Below, piece by piece: positions 46,778 through 54,694 of a stretch of DNA of 64,000 nucleotides. How positions within the stretch are numbered: the stretch's first letter is position 1; the number at the start of each line of letters is the position of its first letter. The DNA is from an uncultured Rhodobacteraceae bacterium (lineage in GTDB: Bacteria; Pseudomonadota; Alphaproteobacteria; Rhodobacterales; Rhodobacteraceae): the NCBI GenBank assembly GCA_903930735.1, contig CAIYZT010000441.1, positions 2,975 through 66,974 on the forward strand, in the 5' to 3' direction. Position numbers and translations under genes: made by a program. The notes beneath the pieces were generated by a model. That model was not told where the DNA came from, did not search any database, and saw nothing but the letters and a program-made list of their open reading frames with translations.

Positions 46778-47428
46778 CTACCACGGCCGCATTTTCGGCA
46801 TCACCGACGTCAGACCAACCTCTTGTAGCATCCCGCCTGCGATCAGGCCATCTCGGAGCCAAGCCAGCGCTTTCCACCAATCGTCATAAGCGCGCCGGGC
46901 GGCCTCGATCTGCTGGGGATGAGGTGAGTAAGTCACCGGACATGCTAAAACCTCTGTTGAGCGCAACTTTCCGCGGGAGAGGATTCGTTCTGTTCGGACC
47001 ACTGTTGTGACGGCTCGCTCTCCGTGCTGATTTCTCGTCCACGCGACTGGCACGCACCGAGGAACGGCTCCGGGCATCCAATCCGGGGTAAGGCCAGCGC
47101 CGGCTAGTTCCGCGACCCGGATCGCCATGCGCTTGCCGCCGAGATTGTCGGAGATCCCGGCTACCGTAGCGGCGATCACCTCGGCGTCCACGTGAGTGAA
47201 GTTGCCGGTCTTGTGCTGACCACCATCGATTTTGCATCCCAGAGCGGAACGTTGCAGCAAGACGTACTCCAGCCCGAACCCAAATCCTTCCCCGGCGATA
47301 TCCTGGGGCTGCGGCAGTTCCAGCTGAGCCTTCTCGACCCGAAACGCCCACTCAAGCGCCGCCTGCACACCCAGAGGTCGCTTGATCTTCATGCCGGCAG
47401 CGCGGCCAATCGGACGATAAAGGCTCAT
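46778..47428 (-). CDS. hypothetical phage early protein
   Basis: 216 aa starting MSLYRPIG. ATGA overlap with the upstream gene stop. The longer 343-aa ORF has an Arg-rich N-terminus that overlaps the replication gene. Confidence 0.55.
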   Translation of the reverse strand: MSLYRPIGRAAGMKIKRPLGVQAALEWAFRVEKAQLELPQPQDIAGEGFGFGLEYVLLQRSALGCKIDGGQHKTGNFTHVDAEVIAATVAGISDNLGGKRMAIRVAELAGAGLTPDWMPGAVPRCVPVAWTRNQHGERAVTTVVRTERILSRGKLRSTEVLACPVTYSPHPQQIEAARRAYDDWWKALAWLRDGLIAGGMLQEVGLTSVMPKMRPW

Positions 47429-48438
47429 CTCACGCCCCTTTCGCGGAGCCGCTCGTTCGTGACCAGTCCTCGGGCCAGCATGGCGTCGCGCATCGTGTTG
47501 CTGATCGCGCTGACGGGCAGGTAGCGGTCGGAGTTGACGACATCGGCGTAGAAGACGGGCAGGTCGGTGATCGTAGTCGCGGCGGCCGCACCGTCCGTTG
47601 CTGTCTTTGCAGTCTTGCTTTTGCGCCCAGCGCCCTCGACCTTGCGCTGGGCGGTGCGCTGCATCACCCGGTCCAGCGCTTTGGGCCCGTCTGGCGGCTC
47701 GGGATGCTCCTGGCGGGAGGCCTCGGCCATGTCGAGGATCTCGGCCTCGGTGAGCCCCAAGTCGTCGCGCCAGCGCTGGACACGCTGCCGAGGCGGCCAG
47801 CCTTGCCACCAGCCGGGCAGGGCAGCGGGGACCAGGCCCAGCGCTTCGAGGAGTGCGCCAAAGAACACTTCGAAATCGGATTCGCGCGATTGCGCGTCCT
47901 CCTCCTCCTTTACTGGTTTACTTAGTGGTTCTCTTACAAGGTTAGTGTCCGGATTTCGGACACGGCTCTCGGAATTTTCCGGACACGGCTTTGGGCAAAA
48001 CCCGGACACGGCTTCGGGGTCAATCCCGTGTCCGAAATCCGGACACGGCGCGGCTTCGGGCGGGGCATCCATACTGCAAGTGCCAGCACCCTCAGAGGTT
48101 TCTTCATCGCCCGCCACCCCGTGTCCGATTTCCGGACACGGAACCACATCCGCGGGTGTGAAGCCTGGCTCAAACCCCAGGATGTAGCGGGTCGGCAGTT
48201 GGCGCTTGGTCGCCGGATCGATGCGCGGTACCCGGCGTAGAAGGCCGCCAGCCTCGAGCTGGCCAAGATGATCGTTCAGGGTGGAACGGCTGATTTCGCA
48301 ATCATGCGCCAGTCGGTCCTGCGAGGGGAAGCAGCCATAGTCGGGGTTGAACCGATCGCACAGGTGCCAGAGCACGATCTTGGTGGTGGGCTTCAACCCG
48401 CGCTGCTTGATGGCCCAGTTGGTGGCTTCGTGGCTCAT
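47425..48438 (-). CDS. replication initiator-like protein (N-terminal winged-HTH)
   Basis: MSHEATNWAIKQRGLKPTTKIVLWHLCDRFNPDYGCFPSQDRLAHDCEISRSTLNDHLGQLEAGGLL. The central low-complexity region coincides with the DNA iterons. Confidence 0.7.
   Translation of the reverse strand: MSHEATNWAIKQRGLKPTTKIVLWHLCDRFNPDYGCFPSQDRLAHDCEISRSTLNDHLGQLEAGGLLRRVPRIDPATKRQLPTRYILGFEPGFTPADVVPCPEIGHGVAGDEETSEGAGTCSMDAPPEAAPCPDFGHGIDPEAVSGFCPKPCPENSESRVRNPDTNLVREPLSKPVKEEEDAQSRESDFEVFFGALLEALGLVPAALPGWWQGWPPRQRVQRWRDDLGLTEAEILDMAEASRQEHPEPPDGPKALDRVMQRTAQRKVEGAGRKSKTAKTATDGAAAATTITDLPVFYADVVNSDRYLPVSAISNTMRDAMLARGLVTNERLRERGVR
47945..48141. repeat. iteron array (CCGGACACGG half-sites, three as inverted pairs) inside the replication gene: candidate phage origin
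   Basis: GTGTCCGGATTTCGGACAC at 47945-47963, CCGGACACGG at 47979-47988 and 48002-48011, CCGTGTCCGAAATCCGGACACGG at 48026-48048, CCGTGTCCGATTTCCGGACACGG at 48119-48141. Confidence 0.7.
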
Positions 48439-48830
48439 GGCGCGGGCGTCCGCGCAGGCGCCGCAATGCGCGTGGCAAGGCCGTTGTCGGCCAGCGCGCT
48501 CAGGGCATCATCGAGACTGCGGACCAGCGCCCAGCCGAAGCCCTGAGCCAGCACTGCGTCGCGAAACGCCTCCTGTTCCGGGCGCAGGCGGCCCTTCGGC
48601 GCTTTCAGTTCCAGAAACAGGACCCGCCCGTCGCAAAGGACTATCAGATCGGCAAAGCCCGCATGAACGCCCATGCCGACCAAGATGGCCTGGCGCCTGG
48701 CACCGCGGGGACCGGCTTCCGTTACCTCGTTGGCGCAGTGATGGATGATCGCCGTGCGGGGCAGGGCAAAACGAAGTGCCTGCACTACAGCGCGCTGCAG
48801 ATCGGCCTCGGGGGTACCGCGTCGGCTCAT
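48435..48830 (-). CDS. VRR-NUC domain nuclease
   Basis: GFADLIVLCDGRVLFLELKAPKGRLRPEQEAFRDAVLAQGFGWALVRS. Internal ATG at 48830 forms an ATGA overlap. Confidence 0.8.
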   Translation of the reverse strand: MSRRGTPEADLQRAVVQALRFALPRTAIIHHCANEVTEAGPRGARRQAILVGMGVHAGFADLIVLCDGRVLFLELKAPKGRLRPEQEAFRDAVLAQGFGWALVRSLDDALSALADNGLATRIAAPARTPAP

Positions 48831-49021
48831 GCGGCACCGCCGATCTGCGGCGCATCGGCAAGGACACTGGAAGCCAGGGTGACCAAAGTGGCGCGATGGC
48901 AATTCGCCTCGGCCAGAATGGCGCGGGCTTCGATGATCCTGTCCTGGCGCCAGCGGTCGAAACCGGTGGCAGTGGTGGAATGCTGGATGGGGCAGGGCGT
49001 AGTCATCGCAAGGTTGGTCAT
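48827..49021 (-). CDS. hypothetical small early protein
   Basis: 64 aa, translationally coupled on both sides by ATGA overlaps. Confidence 0.45.
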   Translation of the reverse strand: MTNLAMTTPCPIQHSTTATGFDRWRQDRIIEARAILAEANCHRATLVTLASSVLADAPQIGGAA

Positions 49022-49263
49022 TTCCGCCCTCCCGCAACCCTGGCCCGCGGCATTTCCTGCGCGTCAAGCCAGTCCTGCACGGCACGGCGCCGGTAGAGCA
49101 CCATGCGCCCAGCGCGCACGCAGGGTGGACCAAAGCGCCGGGCTTCCCATCGTCCGAGCGTGTCGACCGTGACGCTTAGCGCCTCGGCCAGGTCCTTGCG
49201 AGTGATCCAGCCCGAGAGCAGCGCTGCGGCGCTTGAGTCGGGCTCTGTCTGTGGTTGAATCAT
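49018..49263 (-). CDS. AlpA/Xis/MerR-like HTH DNA-binding protein
   Basis: WITRKDLAEALSVTVDTLGRWEARRFGPPCVRAGRMVLYRRRAVQDWL. AGGAGG lies before the ATG at 49263. Confidence 0.7.
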   Translation of the reverse strand: MIQPQTEPDSSAAALLSGWITRKDLAEALSVTVDTLGRWEARRFGPPCVRAGRMVLYRRRAVQDWLDAQEMPRARVAGGRK

Positions 49264-49326
49264 TTCTGCCTCCTGATCGCCGCCCGAAGCGGGTGGCTGT
49301 CGTGAGGCAGCGAGAGCAGATCGGCA

Positions 49327-49378
49327 GGGGTGGCGGGGTGGCGCAGGGTGGCGGTCAGTTTGCCGGACCAGCGCCACC
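49327..49378. promoter_or_regulatory. operator-like repeat block A (three direct GGTGGCG and one inverted CGCCACC)
   Basis: The 34-bp GGGGTGGCGGGGTGGCGCAGGGTGGCGGTCAGTT is identical to 51667-51700. It lies 64-115 nt upstream of the HTH gene start. Confidence 0.6.
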
Positions 49379-49708
49379 CCTTGTTTTATTGAAGTTTCCG
49401 GAAAGCGTGCTTGACCGCCTGCCGAGTCGCGTTGCGCGGAACCCTGTCAAGCGGGGAGTTGGATTGCGTCTGTCATAGATCGTCGCTTACATCCGCCGGG
49501 CGAGTCGTTTCGCAGGGCGAGTAAAGAGGGAGGCAGCCATGGTCGAGATCATCTTCAAGCTGCGTCTGATCTTCACTGCCCCCCAGGCCGGTGCTGATCG
49601 CCCGCCCGGCTGACCTGACATTTCCAGACTGACGGACCTTGAGCCGCCTCCACCCGGAGCGCGGTCTGAAGGCTGTTTCCTGACAACAACAAAAAACGGA
49701 GTTGAGGC

Positions 49709-50302
49709 ATGGCATTGCCACCACGAGTATATTTCACCCTCATCGAAGCGGCGGTCCGCTGGAACTGCACGACGGCCGACATTGCCGCCTGGGCATCAGT
49801 CGGCAGGCTCCACATCGTCACCGCCATCGCGCCGGTGACGCATGGCCTGCAAACCGTGGCGGGGTACGTCGTGGTTTCGGTGACGGATATCCTGCACATG
49901 TTCCGACGTACGGGCGCCAGCCATTCCAGCGGCCTTGTGAAACGCGTTCGTCCGGCCGACCAGCAGGACTGGATCCTGATCGACGATCCGGCAAAGCATA
50001 TCCCGGTCACCATCGATGATCTCTTCATCATGGCGGAGGACGTCCAGCGCTTCGAGGCGGACTGGGAACTGGACCGGCGGCAGGGCGGATACATCGGCTC
50101 GGCCCCGCGCTATGATTGGGACGGCATGTATGTCGCGATGATGAAGCGCATGAATGAGCTGGGACCGCCAGAAACGCAGGCGGAATGGGTGGGTGAAATG
50201 CAGGAGTGGTTTATCGCCAACAGTGACGAGGGCGATGCGCCGGACGAGCGTACCATCAGGCGCCGGATCACGCCGGTCTGGAGGGCGCTGCGCGGTACAT
50301 GA
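49709..50302 (+). CDS. hypothetical protein with N-terminal HTH-like segment (lysogeny regulator candidate)
   Basis: YFTLIEAAVRWNCTTADIAAWASVGRL resembles an excisionase/MerR-type HTH. It is divergent from the early operon and adjacent to the integrase gene. Confidence 0.5.
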   Translation: MALPPRVYFTLIEAAVRWNCTTADIAAWASVGRLHIVTAIAPVTHGLQTVAGYVVVSVTDILHMFRRTGASHSSGLVKRVRPADQQDWILIDDPAKHIPVTIDDLFIMAEDVQRFEADWELDRRQGGYIGSAPRYDWDGMYVAMMKRMNELGPPETQAEWVGEMQEWFIANSDEGDAPDERTIRRRITPVWRALRGT

Positions 50303-50332
50303 CCGCCCAGCGCCAGATGACGAAGATCGGAT

Positions 50333-51595
50333 TTAGGCCGACTTGCGGGCCGCCTCGCCCGCATCGTGCACCAGCTTGGGCTTCGGCCGGAATGCGCTCG
50401 CCACGGCATCGACGCCGGCGCGCAAGGGCGAGTCCATCAGGTGGGCATAGCGCTGGGTCGTCTGCATCTGGCTGTGGCCCAGCAATTTGCCGATCATCTC
50501 CAGTGAGGCGCCGCCGCTGACCAGGAGGGACGCGAACGTATGACGCAGATCGTGGACCCGAACCTCGGGGATTCCGACCTTCTTCTGGACGGCTGCCCAG
50601 AACCGGCGAATTTCCTGCACCGGCTGGCCCGGCGTGTCGCCGGGAAACAGGAAGGGGCAGCCCTTTGGCACCAGCAGGAGGCGCTGGCGGACGATGGACG
50701 CAGCTTCGTCGGAGATCGGCAGCCGGTGCACCTTCCGCTGCTTGGTCATGCTGGCGGGCTTGGACCAACTCAGGTGTTCAAGGCTGAAGTGTTCGAACCG
50801 AGCCTGGCGCACCTCGCCCACGCGGGCACCGGTCAGCATGCAAAGACGCAGGATGTCGGCCGCGCGACGGTCTTCGGCGGCGTCCAGCGCATCCGCCAGC
50901 TTGCGGATTTCTTCCTGGGTAAGGAACCTCTCACGCGGGTTTTCGATACGACGGTGAAAGCTGGCGGCGGGGTTGTCGTCGCGCCAGCCCCAGTTGACCG
51001 CATAGGTGAACATCTTGCGCAGAACCTCGCCGGTGCGGTTGGCACGCACCGGGGTCGGTTTGGCGCCCTGCAGCTTCCGCGCCCGGTTGTTCGGCTTTAC
51101 CTTCGACGGCCGAGCCCGACCTGCCGCCACCTTGTTCAGGAGCTTTTCGACGTCGTAGGGCGCGATCTCGCTGACCAGCTTGTTGCCCCAGTCCGGCGCC
51201 ACCATCTTCGCGAGCATCGACTTCTGGTCGGCGGCGTTGCGCGCCGCCAGCTTCGGCAGATGCACCTCGACATAGCGGTCGACCAGATCCTTGACCCGTG
51301 GTGCATCCCGACCGGTCTCCTTCTGTCCGAGCGGATCGCCACCGGCATCGATCTCTCGCCTTAATTCCTTGGCACGCTCCCGTGCCGCCGTAGTCGACCA
51401 TTCCGGCCAGCGCCCAATGGTCATCCGCCGCTGCCTTCCGGCGTGGCGATAGTCGATCGTGAAGGCCCGGTTACCGGACCGGTAGATGCAGACCGCAAAG
51501 CCTCGCACCTCGGTGTCGAAAATCTGATAATCCCTCCCCTTCTCAGGCTCGGCCTCACGGACAGATTTCTCGTTCAAACGCAATCGGTTGACCAT
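50333..51595 (-). CDS. int: P4-type tyrosine integrase (DUF4102 arm-binding N-terminus)
   Basis: LNEKSVREAEPEKGRDYQIFDTEVRGFAVCIYRSGNRAF, with catalytic GARVGEVRQ..., HDLRHTFAS and LGHSQMQTTQRYAH. Alternative start at 51619. Confidence 0.9.
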   Translation of the reverse strand: MVNRLRLNEKSVREAEPEKGRDYQIFDTEVRGFAVCIYRSGNRAFTIDYRHAGRQRRMTIGRWPEWSTTAARERAKELRREIDAGGDPLGQKETGRDAPRVKDLVDRYVEVHLPKLAARNAADQKSMLAKMVAPDWGNKLVSEIAPYDVEKLLNKVAAGRARPSKVKPNNRARKLQGAKPTPVRANRTGEVLRKMFTYAVNWGWRDDNPAASFHRRIENPRERFLTQEEIRKLADALDAAEDRRAADILRLCMLTGARVGEVRQARFEHFSLEHLSWSKPASMTKQRKVHRLPISDEAASIVRQRLLLVPKGCPFLFPGDTPGQPVQEIRRFWAAVQKKVGIPEVRVHDLRHTFASLLVSGGASLEMIGKLLGHSQMQTTQRYAHLMDSPLRAGVDAVASAFRPKPKLVHDAGEAARKSA

Positions 51596-51666
51596 GCAAC
51601 TCACCCTTCTTCCCGTCATCCCATGAGGCGTGGATTCGCGCCCTAGGCAAGCGATGCATGAGGACG

Positions 51667-51717
51667 GGGGTGGCGGGGTGGCGCAGGGTGGCGGTCAGTT
51701 GGTGAGCGCGCGCCACC
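51667..51717. promoter_or_regulatory. operator-like repeat block B (copy of 49327-49378)
   Basis: Identical 34-mer plus a downstream CGCCACC. It lies about 50-120 nt upstream of the integrase start. Confidence 0.6.
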
Positions 51718-51919
51718 ACCCGCTGCTCGCGTCTGCGATTGATAGGAATCGGCTCCCTCAGATGTGTGGTGCCAACCCATTTGCGCCTGACTTTTTTGGG
51801 GAATTTGCAGAGGCGAGTCTTGTCTTGATGGAGGAAACTACATAATGAACGGAGATATTTGCGGAAATTTCGTTGATACTGCCGATTTGAATGCCTATGT
51901 TGTGACTTGGAGGCGCAAC

Positions 51920-53131
51920 ATGATCTACCGACTCGAGATTGAGAACTTCTATTCTGTGCGCGAACGGCAGGTCGTCGACCTCACCGTTGGCAAGAAAGTT
52001 CCCGATGAGCCAGGCCGCCTGGTGCACATCCATGATGGCGCTGATGAGCGCGCGCCTAGAGTGGTCGCAATCTACGGCGCAAATGCTTCGGGAAAATCAA
52101 ACCTGCTGCGCGCGATCGCGTTCTTGGCTTGGTTCGTCCAGTTCAGTTTTCAGCACAAGGCAGGGGCAGGGCTACCGTACCAAAAGTTCCAGACCCAGGA
52201 TACCGTCAACGCGCCAACAAAGCTGTCGGTCACATTCGCGGGACTAGAAGATCCACTTGCCACCGCAGGTTTACGCACCTGCCCCTATGTTTATTCTCTT
52301 GAGCTGTCTTCCCGGGGTGACAGCGGAGATCGGGTGTTGAGCGAAACCTTGCATTACCGACCTAGTGGCGCCTCGCGAATGGTTCGGATATTCGAAAGGG
52401 ACGCATCTGGAGGAGTAAAGGCAGCCAGTTGGGTCGGCCTTGGCCGCGAGCTCTCGGTCCTAGAGAACATCCTTCGCCCCGATGCGAGTGTCATTGCGAC
52501 TTTGGGACAGCTGAACAACAAGCTCGCACTGAGCCTCATTCAATCGGCGAACGCGATCGACACGAACATTCTGCTTACGCGGTTTGAGCGTGATGACCTC
52601 GATCTACTGAAGAACTATGCGTTGGACTCCGAACTGCTCGAAGCCCTTAACCGCGATATCCGACGCATCGATCTGGGCATCGATCAAGTTCAGATACTGG
52701 CGGAGAACGGTGCTCCAGTGGCGAGTTTCGCTCACTCTGGTCTCGACCAGTCAATACGGATGTTGTTCGAAAGTCATGGCACCCAGCAGTTTTTCCGGAT
52801 CTATCCGACGCTTCACAGAGCTCTTGCGATTGGCGGAATTGCCGCCGTTGACGAACTTGACGTTGCGATACATCCCGCAGTTCTTCCGGAAATCTTGCGA
52901 TGGTTCTCCGACCCGGAGCGCAATCCCCATGGGGCCCAGCTGTGGATGAGCTGCCATGCTGTTTCACTCTTGGATGAGTTGCTGAAGGAAGAAGTGCTTA
53001 TCTGCGAAAAAAGCCCGAGCGGCGCCACCCAAGTCTATAGCCTCGGTGACATCAAAGGAATTCGCAGGGATGAAAACTTCCTGCAGAACTACTTGGGCGG
53101 CGTCTACGGCGGGGTTCCGAGTATAGGATGA
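51920..53131 (+). CDS. AAA_15/AAA_21-type ATPase (AbiLi/RloA-like)
   Basis: MIYRLEIENFYSV, Walker A GANASGKSNLLRAI, Walker B AAVDELDVAIHP. GGAGG lies before the ATG at 51920. Confidence 0.85.
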   Translation: MIYRLEIENFYSVRERQVVDLTVGKKVPDEPGRLVHIHDGADERAPRVVAIYGANASGKSNLLRAIAFLAWFVQFSFQHKAGAGLPYQKFQTQDTVNAPTKLSVTFAGLEDPLATAGLRTCPYVYSLELSSRGDSGDRVLSETLHYRPSGASRMVRIFERDASGGVKAASWVGLGRELSVLENILRPDASVIATLGQLNNKLALSLIQSANAIDTNILLTRFERDDLDLLKNYALDSELLEALNRDIRRIDLGIDQVQILAENGAPVASFAHSGLDQSIRMLFESHGTQQFFRIYPTLHRALAIGGIAAVDELDVAIHPAVLPEILRWFSDPERNPHGAQLWMSCHAVSLLDELLKEEVLICEKSPSGATQVYSLGDIKGIRRDENFLQNYLGGVYGGVPSIG

Positions 53132-53685
53132 GGGGGCGGCGCATCATAGAGCGGAGGGCTCGCGTCTTCCTTGGTTGCGAGGGGGAAAGCGAACAGGGCT
53201 ACGGCGTGCTTCTGCAGCGGTTCACCGATGCCGAAAGCCTGAGGATCCACATTGTGATCAAAAACCTGCAGCCTGCAGGTGACCCGCTTGCTTTGGCAGA
53301 AAAGGCGGCCCTCCTCTTCGACAAGGAAAACCGAAAGGCACCATTCATCGGCAAGGCAATTCTGCTCGACGCTGATCGCCTCGCCGAACCGCCAGACAGA
53401 GGGCGGCGGGCCTGTGAATTGCTCCGGCGGGAAGGCTTCACAACAATCTGGCAGAAGCCGGATCACGAGGGTCTTTTGCTACGCCATTTCGCCGGGCATG
53501 ACCATGATGATCCGGCAAGTGGAAGGTCAATGTCAGCTCTGCAAGCTGTCTGGCCCGGATACCACAAAAACATGGCAGCTGCGGATTTGCAGCGGCAGCT
53601 CACGATAGAGCATATAACGCGGGCAGCCGGAGTAACTGAAGAACTCATGGCGCTTCTTCGCATGATTGGCCTATGTCGCATCTGA
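53128..53685 (+). CDS. RloB-like protein (AbiLii-like)
   Basis: N-terminal VFLGCEGESEQGY matches the RloB CEGE.TE..Y signature. ATGA overlap with the ATPase stop. Confidence 0.8.
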   Translation: MRGRRIIERRARVFLGCEGESEQGYGVLLQRFTDAESLRIHIVIKNLQPAGDPLALAEKAALLFDKENRKAPFIGKAILLDADRLAEPPDRGRRACELLRREGFTTIWQKPDHEGLLLRHFAGHDHDDPASGRSMSALQAVWPGYHKNMAAADLQRQLTIEHITRAAGVTEELMALLRMIGLCRI

Positions 53686-53912
53686 GTTCGTAGCTCAGAT
53701 TCTTGTCATCGATGTGAGGCGATTATTCACTTCTGATCATTATGTCCGGTCGGCACATCAACGCCACCTCAACCCGGATATGCCGTTTTGGTCCGGCTGG
53801 TGTCGTCGAAACACGGCGAATGTCGGACAGAATCGGAATGACAATGACGCGAATTCAAAGTCTTGCACCGTAAGCTACTGATTTTATTGTGTTTGATGTT
53901 AAGCGTCGGGGT

Positions 53913-53960
53913 AGGCTCATAACCTGAAGGTCACAGGTTCAAATCCTGTCCCCGCAACCA
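53913..53960 (+). tRNA. 3' fragment (about 48 nt) of an initiator-type tRNA-Met(CAT): att-site remnant
   Basis: AGGCTCATAACCTGAAGGTCACAGGTTCAAATCCTGTCCCCGCAACCA covers the anticodon loop CTCATAA, the T-arm, the acceptor 3' strand and CCA. No D-arm or 5' acceptor strand lies upstream. Confidence 0.65.
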
Positions 53961-53988
53961 AAAAATCACAAGATATCAATGCGTTACA

Positions 53989-54011
53989 GGCCGCCCAAAG
54001 GGCGGCTTTTT
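53989..54011 (+). terminator. rho-independent terminator after the tRNA fragment
   Basis: GCCGCCC-AAA-GGGCGGC followed by TTTTT. Confidence 0.6.
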
Positions 54012-54024
54012 GCGTTCCAAATTC

Positions 54025-54046
54025 TAGGTCAACAATAGGTCAACAA
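54025..54046 (+). repeat. perfect tandem 11-mer TAGGTCAACAA x2 (possible recombinase arm-type or iteron sites)
   Basis: Direct reading. Related TCGACCAA and GTTGACCGA motifs lie just downstream. Confidence 0.5.
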
Positions 54047-54158
54047 AATCGACCAAGTTGCGACGGGCACTCTTGCGTTGACCGAGCGCCATCGGTCGCC
54101 CTTACATCCCATGACCGGCAAAATCTATTTTACATCCCGCAGTGCAACAACGAGGGGA

Positions 54159-54683
54159 TCATGGAAACTCAATGACTTGTGCATGTGGGACAATCGCACC
54201 GCTCGCAAAACGACCGGGCAACAATGTTCTTATAACACCGGAATGAGTGACAAGCAGTGGCAATACATCGTCATCTATCGCTTCTAGCGTCTCGAAAACT
54301 CGCGCGTGGAACGCAGCTTCGGATTCGCTACCTTCTGGCTCCTGGCTTGATCGACGCTCCGTTTTGGGTCGCCCTTCAAGAACACCCCAGCCTCGCTCAC
54401 GAAGTCCGGGTGCGATTTTCAAAGGCAAAGCCAATTTGTCTGAAACATACTGTGCCGTCTGTTGGCATCGCTGAAGTGAGCTCGAATAGATTGCACCAAC
54501 GCCTAGAGTTAGGAGGACATCCGCGACATTTCGTGCCTGTTCCATTCCCAAGGCGTTAAGCGGAACATCAGCTGCACCCATAACAAGGCCCCGCTTGTTC
54601 CAGTCCGTTTGGCCGTGGCGGATCAGGATTAGACGACTTTTCCTAAACCTAGCTGGAATGTCGTGAAAATCTATGGTCCCCAA
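54159..54683 (-). CDS. histidine phosphatase superfamily protein (PGM/CobC/PhoE branch)
   Basis: LILIRHGQTDWN (RHG motif), ..SSSLQRCQQTA.., LLVTHSGVIRTL (second catalytic His). TTG start 8 nt after GAGGA. Confidence 0.85.
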   Translation of the reverse strand: MGTIDFHDIPARFRKSRLILIRHGQTDWNKRGLVMGAADVPLNALGMEQARNVADVLLTLGVGAIYSSSLQRCQQTAQYVSDKLALPLKIAPGLRERGWGVLEGRPKTERRSSQEPEGSESEAAFHARVFETLEAIDDDVLPLLVTHSGVIRTLLPGRFASGAIVPHAQVIEFP

Positions 54684-54694
54684 ATACTAAATCC

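Larger units (their letters stand above)
11285..51619 (-). mobile_element. prophage: lambda-type head module, RcGTA-type distal tail, P4-type integrase
   Basis: A contiguous, co-oriented block runs integrase, early/replication genes, methylases, terminase, head, tail and lysis. Exact att ends were not identified. The element may extend to the tRNA fragment at 53913..53960. Confidence 0.75.

Noticed and set aside
46778-47809. Full 343-aa version of the ORF, and similar N-terminal extensions at 27480..28787, 36650..38239, 48435..49133 and 17894..18643
   Set aside because: The extensions are Arg/Pro/Gly-rich and overlap the upstream gene. Internal ATGs forming ATGA or 1-nt stop/start overlaps give products that begin where family homology begins.
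53884-53960. A complete 77-nt tRNA-Met gene
   Set aside because: Only the anticodon loop, T-arm and 3' acceptor strand are present. The upstream 30 nt cannot form a D-arm or pair with CCCCGCA.
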